Below, piece after piece: positions 18,071-27,554 of a stretch of DNA of 64,000 bases. A model generated the notes under the pieces. It searched no databases. It was not told the DNA's origin and saw nothing but the letters and a program-made list of their open reading frames with translations. The position numbers and the translations under genes are program-made. The DNA is taken from the NCBI GenBank assembly GCA_965261085.1, contig OZ253442.1:2816001-2880000 (forward strand), given 5' to 3'. Source of the stretch: a bacterium. GTDB taxonomy: Bacteria; UBA8248. How positions within the stretch are numbered: the stretch's first letter is position 1; every line of letters begins with the position of its first letter.

Positions 18071-20029
18071 ATGGGGATAGATTTACATATCGTCACGCAG
18101 CAGGTTGTCGGCGGGCTGGCGGTCGGCTGCGTTTATGCCCTGATCGCTCTTGGCTTCACGATGATGTTGCGGGCCACCGAGCTCGTCAACTTTGCACAGG
18201 GCGAACTGGTGATGTCAGGCGCCTTCATCGGATATACCCTCTTGGTAGCAACACCGCTGCCGTATTTAGCCGTATTCATCTTAGCGAGCATCTTGACGGG
18301 CATTCTGGGCATGCTGATCGAGCGCGTAGCCCTGCGCCCGATACGACTGCGACAATCGCCGCTCTTGAATTTGATTATCGCAACAATTGGGATTGGGATA
18401 TGCCTTCGACTGGTCTCGCAGCTAATATGGGGGGCCGCGCCGCTGCGTTATCCGGTATCCGTTGGCCAAGTAGGCCATCTTGTCGTGGCCGGGCTGCCAA
18501 TGAGCATTCAGCATATTTGGATTATCGCCCTTGCCATCCTTGCCATGCTCGGCCTGCATTTCTTCTTTGAGCGAACACTTTCCGGCATCGCGTGGCGGGC
18601 GTCGGCATATGACTCATACACGGCGGAAATTCTAGGTGTAAGTTTTGATCGCGTCGTCACGATGACTTTTGGCATCAGTTCCATGTTGGCAGGCGCCGCC
18701 GGCGTCCTCGTCGCACCATTGTTTTTTGTCGCGCAGGACCTTTGGCTGCAGGGACCCCGCTCATTCGCCGCTGCGGCACTGGGGCAGTTTCACATACTCG
18801 GTACGATGATTGGCGGTCCCATACTAGGCCTCCTGGAGACTTTCGCTGCGGGTTACATTTCATCCGCGTACAAGAACGGGATTGCCTTTGGCATCACCAT
18901 CATTGTGCTGATGCTCGTAGCGATTCCTCGAATGCCGCGTGGCGGGAGCTTGGTGTTCAGATACGGACGGCAATCAATAGCGGACTTGTTTGAGTTGAAC
19001 GATAAGCAAGCCGCCCATCTCAGGTACGGCATAATCGCCGCGCTCGGTGTCATCGCCTTTCTGCTGCCGTTGCTATTCGATACATATGAGATCTACCTCG
19101 TCACGCTCATCCTGATCTATGCCACGGCCGCCCTCGGACTGCAGCTCGTAATCGGATACGCCGGCGCCATCATCGTCGGTCATGCGGCGTTCCTGGGAAT
19201 TGGCGCCTACACTTCGGCGATCTTGACCGTACACTTTGGCGTTCCATTCCTCCCCGCAATCATTGCGGCGGCGATTGTCGCCGCAGTGTTCGGATTGCTA
19301 TTCGGGCCGATATTGAGACTACCGACCCACTTCTGCGCCATCGCAACCCTGGGTTTTGGCGAGATCATGCATCTCGTGTTCATCAACTGGAAAGACGTAA
19401 CAAACGGGATGTCGGGCATTAGCGGTATTCGAAAACCGTCCATCGGTTCCTATGTGTTCGAGGAAGGAGCACCCTTCTATTTTCTGACGATAGCCGTACT
19501 GGTGATCGTCTTCGTGGCGTTACAGCGCCTGATAACGTCACGTTATGGCCGTGGATTGATCGCGGCCCGAGAGAACGAGCTGGCTGCGATCTCCATGGGA
19601 GTGAATGTTGCATGGTACCGGACACTCTCCATCTGCATCGGCGCCGGTTGCGCCGGGATTGCAGGTTCTCTGTATGCCCACTTCTTCTCCTACATCAGTC
19701 CGGATTCCTTCACGATCCTGCAGTCGATCGCATTTCTTACGATGGTCGTGCTTGGCGGTCTTGGTAGCTTTGCCGGTGCCATTATCGGGGCGTTCTTCGT
19801 CCTTGGCGTTCCGGAAATACTGCGTAATCTTGCGGAGTATCGAATCCTGATCTTCGGGCTGCTTCTGATCGTGTTCATGATGTTCTTGCCGGGGGGACTG
19901 GCGGACCTCGGCCACCGATTGCTATCCACATTTAGACGGAAGGAAGGAACCCCTGAAGTCTCGGTTGCCAGTTCGGAAACAAACGAAATCTTGGCCGCCA
20001 ATCCGGTGAAAAACAATGTCAATTCTTAA
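18071..20029 (+). CDS. Fused LivH-LivM ABC permease
   Basis: N-half YALIALGF..VNFAQGE; C-half GHAAFLGIGAY, AIATLGFGE, RENELAA, VVLGGLGS. Confidence 0.9.
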   Translation: MGIDLHIVTQQVVGGLAVGCVYALIALGFTMMLRATELVNFAQGELVMSGAFIGYTLLVATPLPYLAVFILASILTGILGMLIERVALRPIRLRQSPLLNLIIATIGIGICLRLVSQLIWGAAPLRYPVSVGQVGHLVVAGLPMSIQHIWIIALAILAMLGLHFFFERTLSGIAWRASAYDSYTAEILGVSFDRVVTMTFGISSMLAGAAGVLVAPLFFVAQDLWLQGPRSFAAAALGQFHILGTMIGGPILGLLETFAAGYISSAYKNGIAFGITIIVLMLVAIPRMPRGGSLVFRYGRQSIADLFELNDKQAAHLRYGIIAALGVIAFLLPLLFDTYEIYLVTLILIYATAALGLQLVIGYAGAIIVGHAAFLGIGAYTSAILTVHFGVPFLPAIIAAAIVAAVFGLLFGPILRLPTHFCAIATLGFGEIMHLVFINWKDVTNGMSGISGIRKPSIGSYVFEEGAPFYFLTIAVLVIVFVALQRLITSRYGRGLIAARENELAAISMGVNVAWYRTLSICIGAGCAGIAGSLYAHFFSYISPDSFTILQSIAFLTMVVLGGLGSFAGAIIGAFFVLGVPEILRNLAEYRILIFGLLLIVFMMFLPGGLADLGHRLLSTFRRKEGTPEVSVASSETNEILAANPVKNNVNS

Positions 20030-20795
20030 GGTAGATGATCTGACCGTGAATTATGGTGCGCTTACGGCTCTCTCAAGTGTATCGCTCGAAATTGACAATG
20101 GTGAGATACATGGTCTGATTGGTCCCAACGGATCGGGAAAGACGACTCTTTGCAACGCGATTACGGGGTTTCTGCGCCAAAAATCGGGAGAGGTCGTCTT
20201 TAACGGCCAGAACATTAGCTCGACCAAGGCATACAATATGGCCGGCCTGGGTATTTCGCGCACCTTTCAAGACCTTCAAGTGTTTTCGGAGATGACGGGG
20301 CTCGAGAACGTCATGATCGGTTATCATGGCAAGAGCCGAAGCGGTGTTATCGGCGGGGTCTTTCGCCCGCCCCGGGTCGTGCGGGAAGATTCGGAAATCA
20401 GAGACAGGGCGTATGAGGCGCTTGAATCCGTGCGCCTCGCTCATCTTGCTAACCGGCCGGCAAACCGGATGTCGTTTGGACAACAACGCATGTTGGAGCT
20501 TGCGCGCGCTCTGGTTTCCGATCCGCTGCTCGTCCTGTTGGACGAGCCGGCAGCGGGTTTAAGTCCGGTGATGTACGAGCGTCTCACCGAAATCCTGGGT
20601 AACCTGCGATCTCGCGGGAAGACGAGCATATTGCTGATTGAGCATGTCATCCGCCTGGTGATGAGCATTTCCGACCGGATCACGGTTCTTGATCACGGCG
20701 AGAAGATCGCCGAGGGGACGCCCGAGGTCGTTCGCAAGGATCCGAATGTAATCGAGGCCTATCTGGGCAAGGCGATGAAGTATGTTGACGCTTGA
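20016..20795 (+). CDS. ABC ATP-binding protein (LivG-like)
   Basis: GPNGSGKTT, RTFQ, LLDEPAAG, VIEAYLG. Confidence 0.92.
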   Translation: MSILKVDDLTVNYGALTALSSVSLEIDNGEIHGLIGPNGSGKTTLCNAITGFLRQKSGEVVFNGQNISSTKAYNMAGLGISRTFQDLQVFSEMTGLENVMIGYHGKSRSGVIGGVFRPPRVVREDSEIRDRAYEALESVRLAHLANRPANRMSFGQQRMLELARALVSDPLLVLLDEPAAGLSPVMYERLTEILGNLRSRGKTSILLIEHVIRLVMSISDRITVLDHGEKIAEGTPEVVRKDPNVIEAYLGKAMKYVDA

Positions 20796-21486
20796 GAATA
20801 TCTGGGCCTCGTATGGCCCCGTACAGGTACTGAGCGGGGTCTCGCTCGATGTTCCCGCCGGCAAGGTCATTACCCTGCTTGGCGGTAATGGCTCGGGAAA
20901 ATCGACAACATTGAAAACGATCGTTGGCGCCGTTAAGGCGAGCGCCGGCAGCATTCGATTCGAGGATAAGGAAATTTGCGGTATGGAACCTCGTGAAATC
21001 GTTCCAATGGGCATTTCTCTCGTGCCACAGGGGCGCCGCATCTTCGCGCCACTGACGGTTATGGAGAACCTGAGGCTCGGCGCTTACGCGCGGCGCCGCC
21101 AAAAGAAATCGAAAGATGATTTCGAGTCAATCTACGAACGGTTTCCGGAGGTTCGCCAATGGCTGAGGCGCAAGGGCAATACGCTCAGTGTCGGACAACA
21201 GCAGCTCGTCGCATTTGGACGCGGTCTGATTTCGCAGCCGAAGCTTCTCTTGCTTGATGAACCTTCGTCGGGACTTGCGCCGATCCTTGTCGAGCGCCTG
21301 GGTGAAATCATCATGAAACTGAAGGAGGCCGGAATGACGATTCTTCTGGTCGAGCAAAATGTCCATCTGGCGCTCTCGGTCGCTGACTTCGGGTACATTT
21401 TGCGCGACGGCAAGATCTCCATGGCCGGGCCCACCGCCAATCTTATCGGTGACGGTGACCTGATACGCCACTACCTCGGGGGATAA
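20782..21486 (+). CDS. ABC ATP-binding protein (LivF-like)
   Basis: GGNGSGKST, LTVMENL, LLLDEPSSGLAP, LLVEQN. Confidence 0.92.
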   Translation: MLTLENIWASYGPVQVLSGVSLDVPAGKVITLLGGNGSGKSTTLKTIVGAVKASAGSIRFEDKEICGMEPREIVPMGISLVPQGRRIFAPLTVMENLRLGAYARRRQKKSKDDFESIYERFPEVRQWLRRKGNTLSVGQQQLVAFGRGLISQPKLLLLDEPSSGLAPILVERLGEIIMKLKEAGMTILLVEQNVHLALSVADFGYILRDGKISMAGPTANLIGDGDLIRHYLGG

Positions 21487-21605
21487 AATTTCCGGAACCG
21501 CGTGTTGCGACCGATGCGAGACGACAACGGCGCCATCCGAAAGCGAAATGCGAGTGATCCTGTGACAAGCGGTTGTCACGAGTCTCAAGATAGGAGAATC
21601 CGAGT

Positions 21606-22847
21606 ATGCCCAGAACAATACAAGATCCGAGACTGCCTCCGCCATCAGGACCTTACTGTTACGCGTTTCGGGCGGGGAATTACATCTTTCTTGGCGGGAT
21701 GCCGGGCATCACGACGGAAGCGTTGATGGTCGATGGCATCCCGAATGGCCGAATGGCCGGAGAAACGCCCGGTCGGGCAGATATGGAAGCCCAGACACGC
21801 CAGGCCATAGAGGCCCTGAAACTCGCCGTTGAGATCGCCGGTGGTCAATGGAGTGACGTTCTTCGGCTAAATCATTTCCTCGACAGTTGGAGAGAGGTCG
21901 GGCCATTTGTCAAAGCGTACGAGAAATACCGTACCCCCGCCGTACCGGCTGACACGCTCGTCGGCTACGGCCTCTATATGCCGTCGATGATCATGGAAAT
22001 CGAAGGGCTGGCCGGCGCCGTAGAAACCAAACCACTCTTGCCTGTCGGGGAGCAGGCGCATGAGTATGCGCCGTCCAGTACCGGCAGGAGGATGGGCGAC
22101 TTGTTGTGCCTGAGTGCGCGGCTACCGATCGACGCCAAGGGTGAGGTCGTCTCGCCGGGGAACTCGAAGGCGCAGACCGAGGCTATTCTCGAGGGGCTTG
22201 GAGAAGTATTGTCGGAAAACGGCGGATCCTTAGGGGACATCATTCGCCTGCGGGTTTTTGTTCGTGACACGAGAGACGTGGAGGCGGTCGAAGCGGCAAT
22301 CGCCAACGCTTTTGCGGATCCGGGACCGGTCACGACGATCGTGACGGCGCCTTTGCCGATTCTCAAAACCGACGTAATGATAGAGCCGACCGCATACCTT
22401 GGTGAGAAGGAATATCGGACGGGACCGGGAAACGCCCGAGGCGTTTTGGCCGGTGAGTTGATGATCTCCAACGGAATCCTCAGCGTGGATGGCGAAGGTG
22501 GCGTGCGCGATCCCGGTGACATCCAGAAGCAGACGCGAAACGTCCTCGCCAACGTGGAACATCTTCTGAAGGAGTTCGACATGGAGGTGCCGGACGTCAC
22601 GCAATCCCAGGTGACGCTGACCGATTTCCGCGACTATGACGCCTACAACGCCCTTTACAGGAACTTCTTCGCCTTTCCGTTCCCCGCCAGGAACTCGGTC
22701 GAAGCCGCATTGGGGAAAATTTCGCATTACGGCTTGAAGTATCAGATCGAGGTTTCGGCAATCCGCAATGCCTCGAAAGAGGGGCTGGTCGTGACAGCCG
22801 CGGACAGTTACTACTTCAGGCGCATCGAAATGGAAGGCGGAGCGTAA
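21606..22847 (+). CDS. RidA/YjgF family protein with three tandem Rid domains
   Basis: Three repeats of ..QT..(L)..L..D(V/I)....F/T..D..; the third carries FPARNSV...IEV. Confidence 0.8.
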   Translation: MPRTIQDPRLPPPSGPYCYAFRAGNYIFLGGMPGITTEALMVDGIPNGRMAGETPGRADMEAQTRQAIEALKLAVEIAGGQWSDVLRLNHFLDSWREVGPFVKAYEKYRTPAVPADTLVGYGLYMPSMIMEIEGLAGAVETKPLLPVGEQAHEYAPSSTGRRMGDLLCLSARLPIDAKGEVVSPGNSKAQTEAILEGLGEVLSENGGSLGDIIRLRVFVRDTRDVEAVEAAIANAFADPGPVTTIVTAPLPILKTDVMIEPTAYLGEKEYRTGPGNARGVLAGELMISNGILSVDGEGGVRDPGDIQKQTRNVLANVEHLLKEFDMEVPDVTQSQVTLTDFRDYDAYNALYRNFFAFPFPARNSVEAALGKISHYGLKYQIEVSAIRNASKEGLVVTAADSYYFRRIEMEGGA

Positions 22848-22876
22848 ACCGAGGGTCTGGTCTACGAGCAACTGAT

Positions 22877-23098
22877 GTGGGCGACGGCGGGGGCGGACTA
22901 CAGGGCCGCGAGCGGCAGTTGTCCTTCGCGGCGGGCGAAACCGAGAAGACAGTGGCGGCCCACGGCGATGGGGCGGGCGAGGAGGAACCACCACGGCTCA
23001 GGCTCATCTCCACCAACCCGGACTCCGCCCCATGCTCATGCTTCGCACGGGACGTCCGCAACCTCGGCAAGGTGTTGTGGGTCGTGCGGTGGGTGTGA
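22877..23098 (+). pseudogene. S24 (LexA/cI-type) peptidase domain, C-terminal remnant
   Basis: PRLRLISTNPDSAPCSCFARDVRNLGKVLWVVRWV* resembles the S24 C-terminus (L.S.NP.Y......I.GKV.W). Confidence 0.5.
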
Positions 23099-23538
23099 AT
23101 ACCAGACACCGATACAGCAAGGGCCCGGAGCCGTCGCCATGATGGTGTGAGCGCCCACGGATTTTCCCCTTTCCCATGGATCGTACATATGCCTTTTTCG
23201 CCCGGTAGACGCGGAGAGGCGTTTTTCGCGGAGATAAGATCCTTCTATCCCTTTGATACTGTTGGGCTACATGCATTATCCCCATTCTCGTTTGGAATCC
23301 AGCTTCCGCAATATGTAATCAAAACGAAAGCGGATTCATTAAAACTTCAGCGCATTCCGGCGAATCCATGTCGGTTCATTACGTGGCCCTCATCCAATGT
23401 CCGGCCCGCAACGGCCTGCTTGCGGTCATGCTCCGGCGCCCGGCAACGTATATTCAGGAAGCACCGGTTCGCGCCACATGACGGCGTTTGATTCGCTCAC
23501 GCGGCCAGGAATCGTTGTTGGGACAAGTCAATTTTCGG

Positions 23539-23598
23539 TTGACAAGAACGGGAACGAGACCTATATTTATTAAAATATAAGAAATAATTTCTCTATAT
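23539..23598 (+). promoter_or_regulatory. Sigma70 promoter plus palindromic operator candidate for the IclR operon
   Basis: TTGACA (23539)-17 nt-TATATT, followed by the palindrome AGAAAT-A-ATTTCT. Confidence 0.6.
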
Positions 23599-23610
23599 GT
23601 GAGAAGTTAA

Positions 23611-24390
23611 ATGTCTACTTCTTCCCTGAAGACGATAGACAAAGCAATAGATCTCCTCTGGGCTATAGCCCATGGATCCGGCTCTTCTTCGGTGGAAGAG
23701 CTCTCCTCCGAGATCCAACTGCCCAAAAGTACGACATACCGATTCCTCAAGACCCTCCAAACCAGGGGCTTCGTGGACGCTTCCGCCGAATACGGAAAAT
23801 ACCGATTGGGGTCTTCCCTCTCCCTCCTCTCGAAAAATATTTCTCAGAACGGACAAAATGGAACCCTTTGCGAGCTTGCGCTTCCCGTCATGAGAAGGCT
23901 TACATTGGAAACGGGGGAAACAATTTTCTTGTGCATCAAATCGGGTCGGGAAACCATTTGCATCGAGTGCATAGAAAGTCGCCAATCGATCATCGCTCGT
24001 TTTTTTGTAGGAGAAGTGCGGCCTTTGCACGTTGGGGCGGCGTCGAAAGCCCTACTCGCCTTTTTGCCGGATCAGGACATCGAGACGATCATGCAGCAGA
24101 AACTATCGAGGGCGACAAAAAATACGATCACTGAGCCCGTCAAATTAAAAAAAGAGCTCAAAGAGATTCGTGAAAAGGGCCACGCGTACAGCGACCAAGA
24201 GTTCATTGTTGGGGCCAGGGCGATTTCCGCACCGGTGTTTGGTGAACGGGGTACCGTCGCGGCTTCCTTGACGCTCTCGGCTCCAGTTCACCGGATCGAA
24301 AAATCGAACCGGAAAATCCTTGCCGCCCATGTCGTCAGAGCCGCTCGAGAGGTTTCGGCGTCCCTGGGTTGGAAGGAAGCTGAAGCATAG
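23611..24390 (+). CDS. IclR family transcriptional regulator
   Basis: LPKSTTYRFLKTL, YRLG, TGETIFL, GAASKALLAF, AISAPVF. Confidence 0.93.
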   Translation: MSTSSLKTIDKAIDLLWAIAHGSGSSSVEELSSEIQLPKSTTYRFLKTLQTRGFVDASAEYGKYRLGSSLSLLSKNISQNGQNGTLCELALPVMRRLTLETGETIFLCIKSGRETICIECIESRQSIIARFFVGEVRPLHVGAASKALLAFLPDQDIETIMQQKLSRATKNTITEPVKLKKELKEIREKGHAYSDQEFIVGARAISAPVFGERGTVAASLTLSAPVHRIEKSNRKILAAHVVRAAREVSASLGWKEAEA

Positions 24391-24508
24391 AAATCCTGTT
24401 TTCAGGAAATCTGTGCGAATCCTCGTGATATGGAGTCTTGTCGTTGCTTCATCATCCATCCGGGAGTTCATGAAGGTACTTTGTCTACCCAACCAAGGAG
24501 GACAGAAA

Positions 24509-25477
24509 ATGATGCGCGCAATGAAGACGTTCATCAGGTTCGCAGTGCTGGTCATCGCCATTTGGGCGATGACGATTTCATCCGCCCAGGCTGCCAAGAA
24601 ATTCGTTACCATCGCCGGCGGCGCTTCGGGCGGAACGTACATCGTGGTCGCAACTGGAATGGCCAAGCTCTTGTCCAAATACGTTCCGGGGATGCGGGCG
24701 AACGCCGAGGTCACGGGAGGTGGTTTCGGCAATACGCGCCTCATCGGAACCAAGAGAGCCGATTTTGGTCTGACGACCCCGGACGCTGCCTTCTTTGCGG
24801 TGGAGGGAGGCGGGCGATTCAAGCCAGGAGAAAAATACAAGCTCCGCGCACTGATGAGCGGCCACGCCAGCATCCAGCATTTCGTGACGCTCAGGAAGTC
24901 GGGAATCAAGAGTTTGTATGACTATCGAGGAAAGCGTATCTCCATCGGCCAGCCGGGAAGCTCCACGGCGGCGATGGGTGTGGCAATGCTGGAGGTCCTG
25001 GGGATCAGCACCAAAAAGTTCGCCCGAACGGATCATTTGACCCAAACTGAAGCTGTTGCGGCGCTGAAGGACGGAACGGTAGACGCAACCATTCAGCTCG
25101 CCGGAATTCCGGGCGGTGCGGTAAAAGATATCACTTCGACGCATGACGTGAGATTGGTCTCCGTCTCCATGGAAGACATGAAGAAAATCAACAAGGCGCA
25201 TCCATACTGGGCGCCTTCCCGCATACCCAAGGGCACTTACGGCGGCATGAAGGGAGACGTCGGGGCGATGGCGTCGGCGACCATCGTCATCACCCACGCG
25301 GACACGGACAACGCGACGGTCTACGCAGTGACAAAAACGGTACTTGAGCACACCGATGAGCTCGGAGCCATTCACCGCGCCGGGTTGAAGTACAAACTTC
25401 CCGGCTCCGCCGGGAACATTCCCATTCCCATGCATCCCGGCGCCGCGCGTTACTTCAAGGAAAAGGGCATTCAGTAA
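24509..25477 (+). CDS. TAXI-family TRAP transporter solute receptor
   Basis: Signal peptide (AQA), GASGGTY, GKRISIGQPGS, IPMHPGAARYFKEKG; RBS AAGGAGG. Confidence 0.92.
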   Translation: MMRAMKTFIRFAVLVIAIWAMTISSAQAAKKFVTIAGGASGGTYIVVATGMAKLLSKYVPGMRANAEVTGGGFGNTRLIGTKRADFGLTTPDAAFFAVEGGGRFKPGEKYKLRALMSGHASIQHFVTLRKSGIKSLYDYRGKRISIGQPGSSTAAMGVAMLEVLGISTKKFARTDHLTQTEAVAALKDGTVDATIQLAGIPGGAVKDITSTHDVRLVSVSMEDMKKINKAHPYWAPSRIPKGTYGGMKGDVGAMASATIVITHADTDNATVYAVTKTVLEHTDELGAIHRAGLKYKLPGSAGNIPIPMHPGAARYFKEKGIQ

Positions 25478-25495
25478 ATTGTCGTATGAGCACAT

Positions 25496-25527
25496 CGGCG
25501 CCCCCGCCTGAGGGCGGGGGCGCCGAC
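25496..25527 (+). terminator. GC-rich stem-loop between the TAXI receptor and the permease (mRNA stabiliser/attenuator)
   Basis: TCGGCGCCCCCGCC-TGAG-GGCGGGGGCGCCGA; no U tract. Confidence 0.5.
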
Positions 25528-25547
25528 CACCTCAAGGGAGTCGTGCA

Positions 25548-27554
25548 GTGGACGCGAATGGTGATCCGAAGCAATCGCCGGATCCGGAAGAGGCGGGGGC
25601 GATCGTTCACGGCCGGGCCCGCCCGGACAACGCCTTCGAGCGTTTTCTCAACCCGATCATCACCTGGTTGGCCATTGCGCTGGCGGTTTTCCACCTGTAC
25701 ACGGGTTTCGCCGGTGCGTACGGAGCGCTCATTCAACGTTCGATTCATTTAAGTCCGATCCTGGTTCTCACATACCTTCTTTACCCAACTGCAACGAACA
25801 AACGGTTCTATATTTTCGGTCGACTTCTCGATGCCATTTTCATTATCGGAAGTGTCACCATAGGCCTTTACATTATCGATCAATACCATGTTCTCACCTT
25901 TCGAGACGGGAATCCGAATCTGCCGGATATGCTCCTCGGAATCCTCGCAATCATCTTGGTTCTCGAAGCAACCCGGAGGGTCATCGGCTGGACGTTGCCG
26001 TTGGTTGCCGTAGCATTCGTGATCTACGCCTATTGGGGCCCGAACATGCCGGGCGTCTTCGGGCACCGCGGTTACGACTGGGGACGGATATTGCAGCACA
26101 CCTACACCAGCACGGAAGGTATTTATGGGCTGCCGATCGGAGTTTCAGCGACATTCGTCATTCTGTTCATCATCTTCGGGGCTATTCTTCAAGAGACCGG
26201 AGCGGGTCGATTTTTCATTGATCTCGCCTTCGCGCTTTTCGGTCGAGTGCGAGGCGGGCCGGCAAAAGTCGCGGTTGTGGGGAGCACTCTTTTCGGCACG
26301 ATCTCAGGCAGCGCCACGGCCAACGTTGTGGGCACAGGGACATTTACCATACCGATGATGAAGCGTCTCGGGTACCAACCCACCTTTGCCGCTGCGGTCG
26401 AGGCGGTGGCGTCGACCGGCGGCCAGTTCATGCCCCCCATCATGGGTGCGGCTGTTTTCGTCATGATTGAGATGATCCATGTCACATATAGAGAGATTAT
26501 CGTCATGGCGCTGCTGCCCGCTATCCTCTTTTACGTCGCGGTGTTCATCGCCGTAGACCTCGAAGCCGTGCGCCTGGGGCTTCGCGGGATGGATCGATCG
26601 GAGCTCCCCAAGGCGACGCGACTCCTCGCGGAAGGCTGGCCCTTTCTCGCCCCCCCGATCATTCTCGTATTCATGTTGATGTACATGTATTGGTCCCCGA
26701 CAAAAGCGGGTTTTTGGGCGATTGTGTCTACTGTTGCCGTCAGCTCCTTAAAAGCCAGCAGTCGGTTGACGCCCCGGCAGATTCTCGGCGCGCTTCGTGC
26801 GGGAACAATGGCCACGTTGCAAGTCGCGCTCGCCTGCGCGTGTGCGGGAGTCGTGGTGAGCGTCTTCACGCTGACGGGCCTGGGGGCGAAGGTTTCTTTC
26901 GCTCTCCTTGAACTGGCCAATGAAGCTTTGCTTCCGATGCTGGTGATCGGCATGGTGACCAGCATTCTGCTCGGGATGGGGATGCCCACAACGCCGGCCT
27001 ACATTATTCTGGCGGTACTGATTGCTCCTTCCCTGGTCAAGGCCGGAGTGCCCCAGATATCGGCGCACCTCTTCGTCTTCTATTCCGGCATTATTTCGGC
27101 GATCACGCCACCGGTCGCATTAGCCGCGTACGCAGGCGCCGCCATAGCCAAAGCGCCTCCGCTGCGGACGGGATTCCTGGCAATGCGCATCGGGCTGGCG
27201 GCGTTCATCGTCCCGTTCATGTTCGTATACAGCCCCGGCCTCGTTTTTCACGGAACCCCTTGGGAAGTGGTTTACTCGATTGGGACTTCCCTCCTGGGGA
27301 TATTGGCCATCACTTACGGTGTACAGGGAAGAATGTTGCGGGAGCTCTACATCGTGGAGCGCATGATTTTGGTGGTCTCCGGGCTTTTGTTTATCCCTTA
27401 CTCGATTTCAGCGAACGGAATCGGCCTCTTCCTGTTCCTGGCCTTGGTCGCATGGCAACGCTGGAGATCCGTAGACGTTTCCTTACGTCTTCGGCGCGGA
27501 GCGGGAGCGGAGGAGGTTACGTCTTCTTACCCATCACGAGAGGAACAGCGATGA
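25548..27554 (+). CDS. TRAP transporter fused 4TM/12TM permease
   Basis: LEATRR, RGGPAKVAV, EAVASTGGQFMPPIMGA, LGMGMPTT, ITPPVALAAY. Confidence 0.93.
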   Translation: MDANGDPKQSPDPEEAGAIVHGRARPDNAFERFLNPIITWLAIALAVFHLYTGFAGAYGALIQRSIHLSPILVLTYLLYPTATNKRFYIFGRLLDAIFIIGSVTIGLYIIDQYHVLTFRDGNPNLPDMLLGILAIILVLEATRRVIGWTLPLVAVAFVIYAYWGPNMPGVFGHRGYDWGRILQHTYTSTEGIYGLPIGVSATFVILFIIFGAILQETGAGRFFIDLAFALFGRVRGGPAKVAVVGSTLFGTISGSATANVVGTGTFTIPMMKRLGYQPTFAAAVEAVASTGGQFMPPIMGAAVFVMIEMIHVTYREIIVMALLPAILFYVAVFIAVDLEAVRLGLRGMDRSELPKATRLLAEGWPFLAPPIILVFMLMYMYWSPTKAGFWAIVSTVAVSSLKASSRLTPRQILGALRAGTMATLQVALACACAGVVVSVFTLTGLGAKVSFALLELANEALLPMLVIGMVTSILLGMGMPTTPAYIILAVLIAPSLVKAGVPQISAHLFVFYSGIISAITPPVALAAYAGAAIAKAPPLRTGFLAMRIGLAAFIVPFMFVYSPGLVFHGTPWEVVYSIGTSLLGILAITYGVQGRMLRELYIVERMILVVSGLLFIPYSISANGIGLFLFLALVAWQRWRSVDVSLRLRRGAGAEEVTSSYPSREEQR

